A stretch of DNA of 64,000 nt, from contig DHDH01000001.1 of assembly GCA_002399235.1 (NCBI GenBank), positions 24,594 through 88,593 on the forward strand. Reading direction: 5' to 3'. How positions within the stretch are numbered: position 1 is the first letter of the stretch; every line of letters starts with the position of its first letter. The position numbers were made by a program, and so were the translations under genes. Source of the stretch: Firmicutes bacterium UBA4881 (GTDB taxonomy: Bacteria; Bacillota; DTU065). Below are positions 9,309 through 18,887 of the stretch, in pieces. The notes beneath the pieces are model-generated. The model had not been told where the DNA came from, searched no databases, and was given only the letters and a program-made list of their open reading frames with translations.

Positions 9309-9323
9309 AGCAATACTTTGTAA

Positions 9324-9400
9324 TGGTCGGAGTGCGGGGATTCGAACCCCGGGCCTCTGCGTCCCGAACGCAGCGCTCTACCAAACTGAGCCACACTCCG
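9324..9400 (-). tRNA. tRNA-Pro (anticodon CGG)
   Basis: Reverse complement CGGAGTGTGGCTCAGTTTGGTAGAGCGCTGCGTTCGGGACGCAGAGGCCCGGGGTTCGAATCCCCGCACTCCGACCA: 77 nt, full cloverleaf, encoded CCA. Confidence 0.97.
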
Positions 9401-9420
9401 ATTCTTATCAAACTCCCCTA

Positions 9421-9449
9421 ATTATAAACCTGGTTTTTAGGGTTGTCAA
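9421..9449 (-). promoter_or_regulatory. Consensus SigA promoter of tRNA-Pro
   Basis: TTGACA-N17-TATAAT on the minus strand. Confidence 0.85.
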
Positions 9450-9463
9450 AATGATTGTAGCGA

Positions 9464-10705
9464 TTATAGCGAAGGTACAGGTAAGTTAGGTTCCCATCTT
9501 TTCAAGTTTAGATACTTTAACGCACATTCCATATGCGCATTTTGTACATTAAGTAGAGCCAGCTCCTGCTCAATTAACGATATCTTTAATTCTTTTGGAG
9601 ACACTAAGCCTTTTTGATAGCCTTCATTAGCTAGCTGGTGCATTTTTGTAGCATCAGCTAGATTTTCTTTTGCTTTTAACCAGGCTTGGCGTGATTTTGA
9701 ATAAGCTTGTAAAGCTAATTTGGCCTCTGCGTAAAGGGCCTCTTTTTTTTGTGTGAAAAGTAGTTCTTGTTTTTGCAACTCCAGTTCGGTTTTTTGAATC
9801 TGCTTAGCTAAGCTTGGATTAAAGAGAGTCTGACTAAACTCTAATAATACACCGTAGTTGAAACTAGTTTTATTTGCTGACAAATCAATGCTGGTTCCAA
9901 GCTGAGGCTTTTTATTTTGCTTAAGCTTATGGAGCTCTTCTTTAGTTATTCTAAGAGGTTCTTCTAATTGTTCAATTAATCTAGTATCTACATTAAGAGT
10001 ATCGAGTGTTGGCCATTCATAAGAAAAGTTATAGATTAAAGTGTCTAATTCAATGCAACCTAGTTCAGTTTCTAAACTAGATTCCGCTTCATTTAGCTTT
10101 GTTTGTAGTTCTATGACTTCCTGCTGCTTAAGCTGTTCATTTTGGACAGCTTCTTTATAGTCACTAAAAGAGATTAAACCTAAAGAATAGTTTTTCTCGC
10201 TAACTAACAAATTTTCTTTCCCTAACTGCCACGTTTTTTCTTTTATTGGTAATTCTAATCTGCAAGCAAGTACAGAGAAAAATTGTTTGGTGATATTAAG
10301 CTCATTTTCTTGTAGCAAGGGAATACTTTGCTTGGCGCTTTGGTTACTTTTGGGTGGGAAAAGATTAAAAGATACTTTGAGAGAGAGACTTGGATTAGCT
10401 AAATTAAATGATAGGTTAGCATGGGAAATGGGGTTGGCGTTTGTGCTCATATTCAGTAAAAGGGATGTATTATTTTTACTGCCATTAGAAGCACCATTTA
10501 GAGCAATCTGGGTATTGTTATAAAGTTGCTCTCCAAAAGAGAGTGGGGTAGAATTAATCGCATTAATTTGCTTTTCTAAAGCTAATATTTGATTATTAAT
10601 ACCTGATTCGCTTAACAAGAGAGCTTCACTTAGGGTTAAGGCTACAGCAGAGGTACTAAAACAAAGGGTAAGAAGACATAGAAGCAATCGTTTTATTTTA
10701 TTCAT
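9464..10705 (-). CDS. TolC-family outer-membrane efflux protein (with beta-strands)
   Basis: Signal peptide, LTLSEAL start, two OEP-like repeats (YSLGLIS, YQKGLVS), amphipathic strands such as PQLGTSIDL..YGVLLEFSQTLF. Confidence 0.75.
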   Translation of the reverse strand: MNKIKRLLLCLLTLCFSTSAVALTLSEALLLSESGINNQILALEKQINAINSTPLSFGEQLYNNTQIALNGASNGSKNNTSLLLNMSTNANPISHANLSFNLANPSLSLKVSFNLFPPKSNQSAKQSIPLLQENELNITKQFFSVLACRLELPIKEKTWQLGKENLLVSEKNYSLGLISFSDYKEAVQNEQLKQQEVIELQTKLNEAESSLETELGCIELDTLIYNFSYEWPTLDTLNVDTRLIEQLEEPLRITKEELHKLKQNKKPQLGTSIDLSANKTSFNYGVLLEFSQTLFNPSLAKQIQKTELELQKQELLFTQKKEALYAEAKLALQAYSKSRQAWLKAKENLADATKMHQLANEGYQKGLVSPKELKISLIEQELALLNVQNAHMECALKYLNLKRWEPNLPVPSL

Positions 10706-11738
10706 GCGTGTCCACCTCTAAAGCTTCTGTAGGATACCCTAATTCAAGTAAAGAGATGGCTAGAGAAAGTGAACCATTTTTATACCCTAATTCACCAAGT
10801 GTTACAGCCTCAGAAGCTTCTTCTAGCTCACTTAGAGAGATGAGCCCTAAAGAAAATTGTTCCTTAGCTTCGACTAATTTTGCTTGTGCCTCTTCCCATT
10901 CTCTTTGCATATTATCTATTTGGCGTAAGCGATCTTTTAGTTGAAGTTGCTCCTGTTCTGCTAAAAGATGAATTTCATTTTCTTTAGTTATTAAATCTAA
11001 CTTAAGTAACTCTAACGCGATCTCTTGTTCTCTAATGGTTAAGGCAGCTTCTTCTTGTAATTTTGCCATAGACAAAACCAAAGATTGAGCTTCAATTTGG
11101 TTTTGTAGTTTTTGCAGAGAAGGCTCTTTCTTGATAAGAAGCAGGTGTAACTCATCTTTATCAGGTAATTTTGGTAAGGTAACTGTAGGTATTTCTAGTT
11201 CGAAGTCATGGCCAAGAGGTAGACCGGTCAATTGATTTAACTTCATGATTTGAAGTTGCAGAGCATTTTGGGCTTGGAGCAGAGCCTCATCAGCAACTCT
11301 AACTTTGTTTTTTTGCTGCTCTAATTCAAACTTAGAGCTAAGCCCCTTTTCGTAGCGAAATTCAGTTAAAGTTAAGTTGCGTTTTTCTTTAAGTAGCTGC
11401 AGTTTTTTTTCTGTGAGGTTAGTTTTTGCTTCGATAAAGTTTAAGGCTTGTTTTTTGGTATCAATTTTGATTTGATTTTTCATAGTTGTAAGCGATTTTT
11501 CTGCTTCATACCAGGCTTTTTCTTTTTCTAAAAGAGTTTTTTGAGGGAGAGTATACTCTTTATGCTTAGCTCTATTATAATCAATGGCTGTTTGTTCTAA
11601 GATTAGTTCAGCTTTCTTTAAGGAGATGCTATTAGCTATAGCCATTTTTTCAAATTCCAGAAGAGAATAAGCCCCAGCAGATAAAGAGAGTAAGACTAGC
11701 ATTAGACTAAGAAGTGCTAGCCTAGATCTTTTTCTCAT
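10698..11738 (-). CDS. TolC-like protein apparently lacking beta-barrel strands
   Basis: ATG 11738 after AGGAGG; signal peptide; OEP-like helices (RYEKGLSS..EL, LNQLTGL, QFSLGLIS..EL); no strand segments. Confidence 0.7.
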   Translation of the reverse strand: MRKRSRLALLSLMLVLLSLSAGAYSLLEFEKMAIANSISLKKAELILEQTAIDYNRAKHKEYTLPQKTLLEKEKAWYEAEKSLTTMKNQIKIDTKKQALNFIEAKTNLTEKKLQLLKEKRNLTLTEFRYEKGLSSKFELEQQKNKVRVADEALLQAQNALQLQIMKLNQLTGLPLGHDFELEIPTVTLPKLPDKDELHLLLIKKEPSLQKLQNQIEAQSLVLSMAKLQEEAALTIREQEIALELLKLDLITKENEIHLLAEQEQLQLKDRLRQIDNMQREWEEAQAKLVEAKEQFSLGLISLSELEEASEAVTLGELGYKNGSLSLAISLLELGYPTEALEVDTHE

Positions 11739-11751
11739 AATGATAAACCTC

Positions 11752-12474
11752 CTAGTTAGCATGGAGAAGATTAGCAACATACTCGACAGAATTACGTTCT
11801 GTAAGCATTGCATCAAGAGAGATTAAGCCATCTTGAAGTTTCAATAGTCTTTTAGCTCTGGAGCCAACATTAGCATCATGGGTGACTAATACTACTGTTA
11901 CTCCTTCTTCATTTAACTGGCAAAACATGTCTAGAATCTCTTCTGATTGTGCACTAGCTAGGTTACCAGTAGGTTCATCACCTAAAATTAGTGTTGGGTC
12001 ATTGGCGAGAGCTCTAGCAATTGCTACCCTTTGTTGTTCGCCACCAGAGAGTTGATTAGGATAATGCTTGGTTCTTTTTTCTAAACCAACTTTCTTTAAA
12101 AGTTCGTAGCCACGATCTTTTTGTTCACTTTTGGGTACCTTAGCATACATCATTGGTAAGCAAACATTATCTAGAGCATTAAGTTCTGGCAATAGATTGT
12201 AGGCCTGAAAAACAAAGCCAAAGTGCTCGTTACGAATACGGGAAATTTCTTTATCACTAAGGCCGGTGATATCAGTACTTTCGAGAAGATATTCGCCACT
12301 ATCAGGCAGATCAAGGCAACCAAGTATATGCAATAAAGTCGATTTACCTGAACCAGAGGGGCCCATAATAGCTAACATTTCGCCTCTATCTATCTTTAAG
12401 GAGACACCTTTCAAGGCCTCTACCAGGTTATTACCAAGACGGTAGATCTTTTTAATCTCTTTTAATTCAATCAT
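11752..12474 (-). CDS. MacB/LolD-type ABC ATP-binding protein
   Basis: [35 protein letters not shown]. Confidence 0.95.
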   Translation of the reverse strand: MIELKEIKKIYRLGNNLVEALKGVSLKIDRGEMLAIMGPSGSGKSTLLHILGCLDLPDSGEYLLESTDITGLSDKEISRIRNEHFGFVFQAYNLLPELNALDNVCLPMMYAKVPKSEQKDRGYELLKKVGLEKRTKHYPNQLSGGEQQRVAIARALANDPTLILGDEPTGNLASAQSEEILDMFCQLNEEGVTVVLVTHDANVGSRAKRLLKLQDGLISLDAMLTERNSVEYVANLLHAN

Positions 12475-13768
12475 TTGCTCTGCCTCCTTCAAGATTAACG
12501 ATGATCTCTTTTTGATCTTTATAAGCTTCATAGGAACTTGTAATCACAATATCGCCTTGATTTAAGCCTCTTTTTATTTCAATTAAATTACCATCATAAG
12601 CGCCATAAGTAACATCTGTGCGCAAAGCTTTTCCATCTATGATCTTATAGACGAACATATTCTGACCACTAGTAACATAAGGGCCACGAGGCAAACAAAT
12701 AATATTATCTCTTCTGCCAGTTTCGATTTCAGCTTGAGCTTCGGTAGTAGGTAAAATAAAACCCGGATCAGCTAAAAAAACAATATCGGCTAGGATATGA
12801 GCGCTACCTTTATCAGCACTTATGGCATAAGATAATTTTTCAATAACCCCTTGGTGGGTACGACCAGCAATTTTCACATTTGCTTTCATACCTTCATTAA
12901 CACGATCTGCTTCTTGGGCTGTGATCTTTACTTCGACAAAAGGGTTATCAACGGTAACAAGTTTAAGAAGCAAGGCACCAGCATTAATCTCTTCGTCAGT
13001 TTTTACGGCTATTTCCAGGACTTTACCAGAAAAAGGAGCGATTAGAGTGTTTTCTTGGCTGATTTTTTCTAACTCAGCTAACTTTTCAGTAGTAACTCGA
13101 ATCTGAGTAGTGGCAGCATCGATGGCTAGGGAATTAGTTAGTTTAGTTTTTTCAACATTTTTTTGTTTAACAAATAATTCTTCTTTTGCTGTGAGTAAGG
13201 CACTTTGAGCTTCTTCTAGAGCTCTTTTACTAGTTGTGCCTAAGCTATACATCAGTTCTTTTTCTTCAAGGTTTTCTTGAGCATTCCGGACTGCTTTTTC
13301 TTGTTCACGTATAGACCACTCGATCTTTTGCAACTCTAAGTCAGCATCAATTTTCGCTTTTTCTAGTTCTACCTTGGCTTTAGCTAAAAGTTCTTTTTGC
13401 TCTTTAAGGCTATTTTCCAGTTCTGGAGAGGTTAACTTTAATAAAAGGTCTCCTTTTTTCACTTCATCACCAGAGTTTATATAAACATTATTAATCTTTC
13501 CTTTATAACGAGAAGTAGGAGTCCAACTTTCTTTAGCTTTAACACTCCCTGTAGCTCGAACAAATTCTCTAAACGTAGCTTCTTTCACCGTAGTATAAGT
13601 ATAATTATCTAGTTTGTAGACCTTGTTTTTCGGGATGAAAATATATGCTGGTATGGCTATTAAGAAGGCTAAGACAACTAAAACAAAAATCGTTAAACTG
13701 AAATCTCGTTTTGATTTTTTAGGCCTAGGTTTATTGATGATAATGGGTTTATCTTTGTGCATTTTCAT
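12467..13768 (-). CDS. MacA/HlyD-family periplasmic adaptor
   Basis: N-terminal TM helix, lipoyl halves (GDEVKKGDLL, APFSGKV), long coiled coil, GLNQGDIVI. Confidence 0.9.
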   Translation of the reverse strand: MKMHKDKPIIINKPRPKKSKRDFSLTIFVLVVLAFLIAIPAYIFIPKNKVYKLDNYTYTTVKEATFREFVRATGSVKAKESWTPTSRYKGKINNVYINSGDEVKKGDLLLKLTSPELENSLKEQKELLAKAKVELEKAKIDADLELQKIEWSIREQEKAVRNAQENLEEKELMYSLGTTSKRALEEAQSALLTAKEELFVKQKNVEKTKLTNSLAIDAATTQIRVTTEKLAELEKISQENTLIAPFSGKVLEIAVKTDEEINAGALLLKLVTVDNPFVEVKITAQEADRVNEGMKANVKIAGRTHQGVIEKLSYAISADKGSAHILADIVFLADPGFILPTTEAQAEIETGRRDNIICLPRGPYVTSGQNMFVYKIIDGKALRTDVTYGAYDGNLIEIKRGLNQGDIVITSSYEAYKDQKEIIVNLEGGRAND

Positions 13769-13774
13769 CCTCCT

Positions 13775-15004
13775 TTAATCGCGTAATGATTCTACTGGCG
13801 AATATTGAGCGGCTTGGTAAGCGGGGTAGATGCCAAATAAACCACCCACAATGCTTGCTAAAGCAAGAGAAAGCAAAGCGGCTTGCCAGGAAAGAGAGCT
13901 TTGTGTAGTTTGCATGTTGATATACATAAAGTTTAATATCTTACCGACGTTGAAGAAGCGAGATACTATAGCAGCTAGAATTAGCCCCATAAAGCCACCG
14001 ATGTTAGAGAGCATGATTGATTCATAAAGCATTTGGCCAAAGATGGTTCCTTTTGTCGCACCCAGAGCACGACGTAGTCCTATTTCTCTTGTTCTTTCTA
14101 AAATGTTTACCAACATAATGCTTAAGATGCCAATTGAACTTACAACTACCGCAGCAAAAGCAAGGATGCCTAATATTTTTAGAAAGCTATCTGTTGAACT
14201 TTTAATTTGATTTAATAAGGTTTGGGCAGTATCGATAGTTACTTTAGCTTCAGGACCACATTCTTGGAAGACAAGTTCTTCAATGGCTGATTTGATCTCG
14301 GTAAATTGGTTTTTCTCTATTCTTAGCGAAAATTCTACAAAACTCTCACTAATCATATAAGACGGAGGAGTAAGCACCATATTGACTGGTCCTAAAAGCA
14401 TAGTGATTGTAGGGGGTAGTTCTTTAAAAACACCAGTAACTAGGTAATTAGTGGGTTCGCTATCTTTGCTCGTAGTTACACCAATAGTCTCACCTAAAAC
14501 ATCAGTTGTGCCAAACAGGGTTTTAGCTAGGGCTTCGGAAATAACCGTTTTATTATCTTTTTCTTCAGCTTCTGTATAGAAGGATCCGTTAATAAATTCG
14601 AGGGGAAATGTTTGATTAAAGGATGCTCCTGCACTAAAAGCTCCTACAGGTCGATAGAGATTTTTATCTACTAATAACAAATCATGAAAATAATTTTGCG
14701 AAGAAATTCCTAAAATGCTATTAGTATTGTTCGCTAATTCTTGGAGCAACTTTGAACTTAACCGCTTATTCCCCATGGCGTGAATTATATTACCATCTTC
14801 CATTTTTTCTTCTTCAAAGATCGATACTTGCAGAAATTCTTCGCTTGTTTGGGAAGCGGTATTGTTTATCATATCGGTGAGGCCAAAATGAATATTAAAG
14901 ATTAGAGCTGCTGCTAAAACTCCTAAAGCGATCTGTAAGGTAGTCAAGATAAACCTCAACGGTCGCTTTTTAATCATAAGCAGGAGGAATTTAAAGTTTT
15001 CCAT
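13775..15004 (-). CDS. MacB/FtsX-family ABC permease
   Basis: ERTREIGLRRALGA and GIYPAYQAAQYSPVESLR. ATG 15004 after GAGGAGG. Confidence 0.92.
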   Translation of the reverse strand: MENFKFLLLMIKKRPLRFILTTLQIALGVLAAALIFNIHFGLTDMINNTASQTSEEFLQVSIFEEEKMEDGNIIHAMGNKRLSSKLLQELANNTNSILGISSQNYFHDLLLVDKNLYRPVGAFSAGASFNQTFPLEFINGSFYTEAEEKDNKTVISEALAKTLFGTTDVLGETIGVTTSKDSEPTNYLVTGVFKELPPTITMLLGPVNMVLTPPSYMISESFVEFSLRIEKNQFTEIKSAIEELVFQECGPEAKVTIDTAQTLLNQIKSSTDSFLKILGILAFAAVVVSSIGILSIMLVNILERTREIGLRRALGATKGTIFGQMLYESIMLSNIGGFMGLILAAIVSRFFNVGKILNFMYINMQTTQSSLSWQAALLSLALASIVGGLFGIYPAYQAAQYSPVESLRD

Positions 15005-15020
15005 GTTATACCTCCTCAAT

Positions 15021-16295
15021 TTATTCTGCACGTAAAGCATCAACAGGGTTGATACGTGAAGCTTTAATAGCTGGATAAATACCAAAAATTAAACTTACCG
15101 TAAGACTAGCACCTAAACTGAGAAAAACAGTAGGTAAAGAAATGGCGAATATTTCTCCTAATGATTTTAAAAGTGGTGTAGCTAGAGCAACTAATCCTAA
15201 ACCAACAAGACCACCTAAAAGGCCTAAGCTTAGCGATTCAATTAAGAACTGCCAAAAAATATTGCTTTTACTAGCACCGATAGCTTTCGAGATACCAATA
15301 CTTTTAGTTCTTTTAAGAACCCGGGCCAACATTAGGTTGAGAATATTCAAAGAAGCAATAAACAAAGCCAAGGATGCTAGGCCACCTATAAAGATTAACA
15401 TCGGTTGCATTGATTTTAAGAAGAACTGCAATTCTTCACGGGCACTTTCTACAGACAAGGAATCACCATACCTAGCTAGGAGGTAGTCCTTTACTTTAGC
15501 TGTTGGATCGTCATTTTTAGGTACTAAGGTAATACTGCTAAAAATGGGATCGTTTGTTTGGTTGCAATTATGTCTAGGCGAGAAGATGTATCTATTCATC
15601 TCGCTTCTAAACCAGGAAAACTGAGTATAACGTTCGGGTATTTCTTCGGGTACCTTTTTCAAAACGCCAATTACAGTAAGAGGTGTATCGATGTGTTCAA
15701 GTTCAATTAATTGGCCAAGAGGGTCTTTATCAGGGAAGAGATCTTGAGCTAAATCGTAACCTATTACAGCAACTGCTTCTTGATTTTTAAAATCGTCAAG
15801 TGTATAAAAGGAACCCTTTTCTAACTCGCCATTTAAAAAGGTAATTAAATTAGGCAAAGTCCAAATAATTGTTAACCAATTTGGATCAGGTCCACTGCGC
15901 CAATCAGTTTCATTCATTGGTGGAGCTCCCTTTAGTCTACCTCCTTGATGTTCATAGGCGAGGATAGTATCAATCTCGGGTATAGCTATTTGTAAATCTT
16001 CGATAAAATCTAAAGAAAGTTTTACTTCTTCAGCTTCAATGCTGCCTACTAGCTGAGCTGGAATTTTATTACCTGATTTATAAAACGTCCTATAATCGTC
16101 AACTTTTTGTTGAATTGTAATGGTGTTTTGCTCGGGGTCGGACATATTTAATTCTCTAGTTCCTTTAATAACTACAGTACCGACAACTGAAAGAACAGCT
16201 ACTCCTAGGGAAATAGCTAATATAATTAAAAGAGATTCAAAAAAACGTGAACGTATCTGTCTAGATGTCCAGGAAATAAGTTGACCTAATCCCAT
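15021..16295 (-). CDS. MacB/FtsX-family ABC permease
   Basis: RTKSIGISKAIGA and GIYPAIKASRINPVDALR. ATG 16295 after AAAGGAG. Confidence 0.92.
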   Translation of the reverse strand: MGLGQLISWTSRQIRSRFFESLLIILAISLGVAVLSVVGTVVIKGTRELNMSDPEQNTITIQQKVDDYRTFYKSGNKIPAQLVGSIEAEEVKLSLDFIEDLQIAIPEIDTILAYEHQGGRLKGAPPMNETDWRSGPDPNWLTIIWTLPNLITFLNGELEKGSFYTLDDFKNQEAVAVIGYDLAQDLFPDKDPLGQLIELEHIDTPLTVIGVLKKVPEEIPERYTQFSWFRSEMNRYIFSPRHNCNQTNDPIFSSITLVPKNDDPTAKVKDYLLARYGDSLSVESAREELQFFLKSMQPMLIFIGGLASLALFIASLNILNLMLARVLKRTKSIGISKAIGASKSNIFWQFLIESLSLGLLGGLVGLGLVALATPLLKSLGEIFAISLPTVFLSLGASLTVSLIFGIYPAIKASRINPVDALRAE

Positions 16296-16353
16296 ACTCT
16301 CACTCCTTTGGAACAAGTATACAATATTAAACTGCCCTACACCATTTTTAATC

Positions 16354-16389
16354 CTTACAGGTCAGATAATAGTCTTACAATTTTGCAAG
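16354..16389 (-). promoter_or_regulatory. BceR/OmpR-type response-regulator binding site
   Basis: CTTACA-N4-TGCAAG inverted repeat (16374-16389) plus an extra CTTACA half-site (16354-16359), upstream of exporter operon 1. Confidence 0.45.
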
Positions 16390-16406
16390 GTATTTTTTAC
16401 CTACAT

Positions 16407-16440
16407 TATTACACCATCTCTAAAAAGAGATGGTGTAATA
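16407..16440 (-). terminator. Terminator after the diguanylate cyclase gene
   Basis: TATTACACCATCTCT / AGAGATGGTGTAATA perfect stem. Confidence 0.65.
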
Positions 16441-16536
16441 ATGAAATTTCTAAAATTGAGGTAATAGTTTCAAGTGGAGTTAGTTTAGCGTTTGAGGTTA
16501 ATAACTGTTAGCGTTAAGATCATTGAAAATTAATAA

Positions 16537-18717
16537 TTAACCAACTCTATGGTTGTCGTCGGGTGAAGTATTGCCTATAAGACCCTTGCGTTTGGCTTTA
16601 TCGGTATACATGTTGTCATCGGCAAGACGAAAAACCTTAAAAGGATCGTTACCAAAAGCAACACCAACCGAAGCTTCAATACCTTCTTGCTTAAAAGTTT
16701 GGCGAATTTTAGTACTTAATGTAGTTAGTTCAGTTTCGTTAAGACCTGTTATGATCGCTGCAAATTCATCGCCACCAATGCGTGCTACTATATATTCAGG
16801 CAGCCCATTTTCTAAGACAGCAGCTATCTTTTTAATTAATTGATCCCCTTTGACATGACCATAGGTATCGTTTACTATTTTCAAATTGTCTAAGTCGGTA
16901 ATTAAAATAGCTAAATCTCCTTTTTTATTAGCTAAGGCTTGATCAAAGTAAGTCCGATTATAAAGACCAGTTTGTAGGTCGTGGTGGCTGAGGAATGCTA
17001 GCTCATCTTTGAGGGCTGTTTTTGTCACTTCGGAAGCGATGGCACTAGCCAGTAATTCTAAGATGTGAGTATCAGGTGGGAAAAGACTTTCGGCAAAATA
17101 AGATAACACAATAAAGCCTTGGGAGTTAGATTTAGCTTTTAACGGTATCACAATACGATGAAGATTAGGAGGATTATGGAAAATAGTAATACTATCTAAT
17201 TCATAATAAGCTTTCAACGAAGTTGTCTTATAAATGTCGGAAGCGAAGTTACCTTGGATCTCTGCTTGGAACACTCGCTTACCATATGTAAAACAAGCGA
17301 AAGCAGAGTCAGCTGAGGTGATATTAAATAGTTCATGTAAAGCCAATTCCAGCAGTGATTGTGTATCACTAGTTTCTTTAGATTGGATACGATATATCAT
17401 CTCTAATTCAAGATTACGGCGTCTAAGGTTATTTTCTTGTACATGTTTTAAAGTTACATCTTCTAAAAGCACGAGAATACCTCTAGGTTCATTATCATCT
17501 AGTAGTGGTGCTAAAGTAATTTTAAGAATGCTGTGACCATTTTTTTTCTCAAAAGAATATGGTTGATGAGTTTCTAAAATATATTCTAAAAGTTTGCCTT
17601 GCATAATAGCGTTTTTACGCATATCTACACTACTAGCTGAACTGATACCAAGGAGAGTGAGTCCAGGTTCATTGGCATGAATTATTTTGCCATCTAAATT
17701 GAAAGCAATTACACCCAAGGGCAGACTTTGTACTAAAGAACGAAATAGTTCTTCAGAAAAGGTTAGATTAGTTAGATCTTTAGATATCCCAAGGAACACA
17801 GGTACCTCATGGGGAGCAGAGAGAATGGGGGTAATTGTGGTTAGATAAACTCTTTTGCCGTTAGGGGTTACCATAATATCTTTAAATGTGACTGGCTCAC
17901 CTAGGGTTAAGGCCTTTTGATAGTTTTCTACTAAATTGGTATGGTTTTTAGGGAAGAGTGAGGCAACTGGTTTACCAACTACATCATCTAGAGTTAAGCC
18001 AGTTGAACTTAGATAAGCATTGTTGACAGTAATGAATGGGAGATCTTCTGTTGCTTTGAGTAAGAAAATAGCATCAGAAGCTTCATGGAACAAAGTTTGG
18101 TATAGATTTAGTGAGGATTGAACTCTTTCTTCAGCTAATTTTAATTCGGTAATGTCCGAAACAACTATGGCATAGCAGGTTCTATCCCATTCGAAAAATG
18201 GTATTACTTTTCCCTGTAATTGTTTTTCTTTATAAGTAAAATCTAAAGTATAACTGGTTATGGAGGCAAAAGCCTCTCTAAAGGCTTGTTTATCAACATC
18301 ATTAAGTAAGGAAGTAAAGGAAGTATTAGCTATTTTTAAGGCAAATAAATCATGGGCTTTGTGGTTAGCAAAGGTTATTTTACCATTAGCATTGACAATT
18401 AAAAGTCCTTCATGGGAGTGTTCTATTACTAGCTCAGGAAAGTTAGTAATAGAACTATAACGGAGTTTTTTCGCTAAAATGAATAATATAACGCTAAAGA
18501 TGATAAGTATTATGGCGTTTGTAGTATAATTGTTAAATAGAGCACTAGCTATGATGAGGGAACTACCTAAAAGGTAAAGATCGAAAGAGACAAAAAAAGC
18601 TAGAGCTAGAAGAAATATTGATCCTACAAATAATTGTAAGCTAGCCTCTGGTAAAAAAGTAGCAATTACAATTAGGGAAATTATGAGGTAATGAATCTTT
18701 TTTGTGATTCGCAACAA
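16537..18717 (-). CDS. Membrane-anchored PAS/GAF/GGDEF diguanylate cyclase
   Basis: N-terminal TM helices, three PAS-like repeats, GAF-like region, DLQTGLYNR, DLDNLKIVNDTYGHVKGD, RIGGDEF. Confidence 0.9.
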   Translation of the reverse strand: MLRITKKIHYLIISLIVIATFLPEASLQLFVGSIFLLALAFFVSFDLYLLGSSLIIASALFNNYTTNAIILIIFSVILFILAKKLRYSSITNFPELVIEHSHEGLLIVNANGKITFANHKAHDLFALKIANTSFTSLLNDVDKQAFREAFASITSYTLDFTYKEKQLQGKVIPFFEWDRTCYAIVVSDITELKLAEERVQSSLNLYQTLFHEASDAIFLLKATEDLPFITVNNAYLSSTGLTLDDVVGKPVASLFPKNHTNLVENYQKALTLGEPVTFKDIMVTPNGKRVYLTTITPILSAPHEVPVFLGISKDLTNLTFSEELFRSLVQSLPLGVIAFNLDGKIIHANEPGLTLLGISSASSVDMRKNAIMQGKLLEYILETHQPYSFEKKNGHSILKITLAPLLDDNEPRGILVLLEDVTLKHVQENNLRRRNLELEMIYRIQSKETSDTQSLLELALHELFNITSADSAFACFTYGKRVFQAEIQGNFASDIYKTTSLKAYYELDSITIFHNPPNLHRIVIPLKAKSNSQGFIVLSYFAESLFPPDTHILELLASAIASEVTKTALKDELAFLSHHDLQTGLYNRTYFDQALANKKGDLAILITDLDNLKIVNDTYGHVKGDQLIKKIAAVLENGLPEYIVARIGGDEFAAIITGLNETELTTLSTKIRQTFKQEGIEASVGVAFGNDPFKVFRLADDNMYTDKAKRKGLIGNTSPDDNHRVG

Positions 18718-18887
18718 CTATCCCTCCAGAGATAAGTGGAAACACAGTTATGTGTTTAATATTAAAATAACTTTATCGAAAAAGTAGCAGGGTTACATCA
18801 ACGAATAGAGAATAACCCTCATTTGAACAGATGATCTTACTAGCTAGGTTTTCCCTAGCTTTGCATTTAGGAAGGAGAAATCGCACA

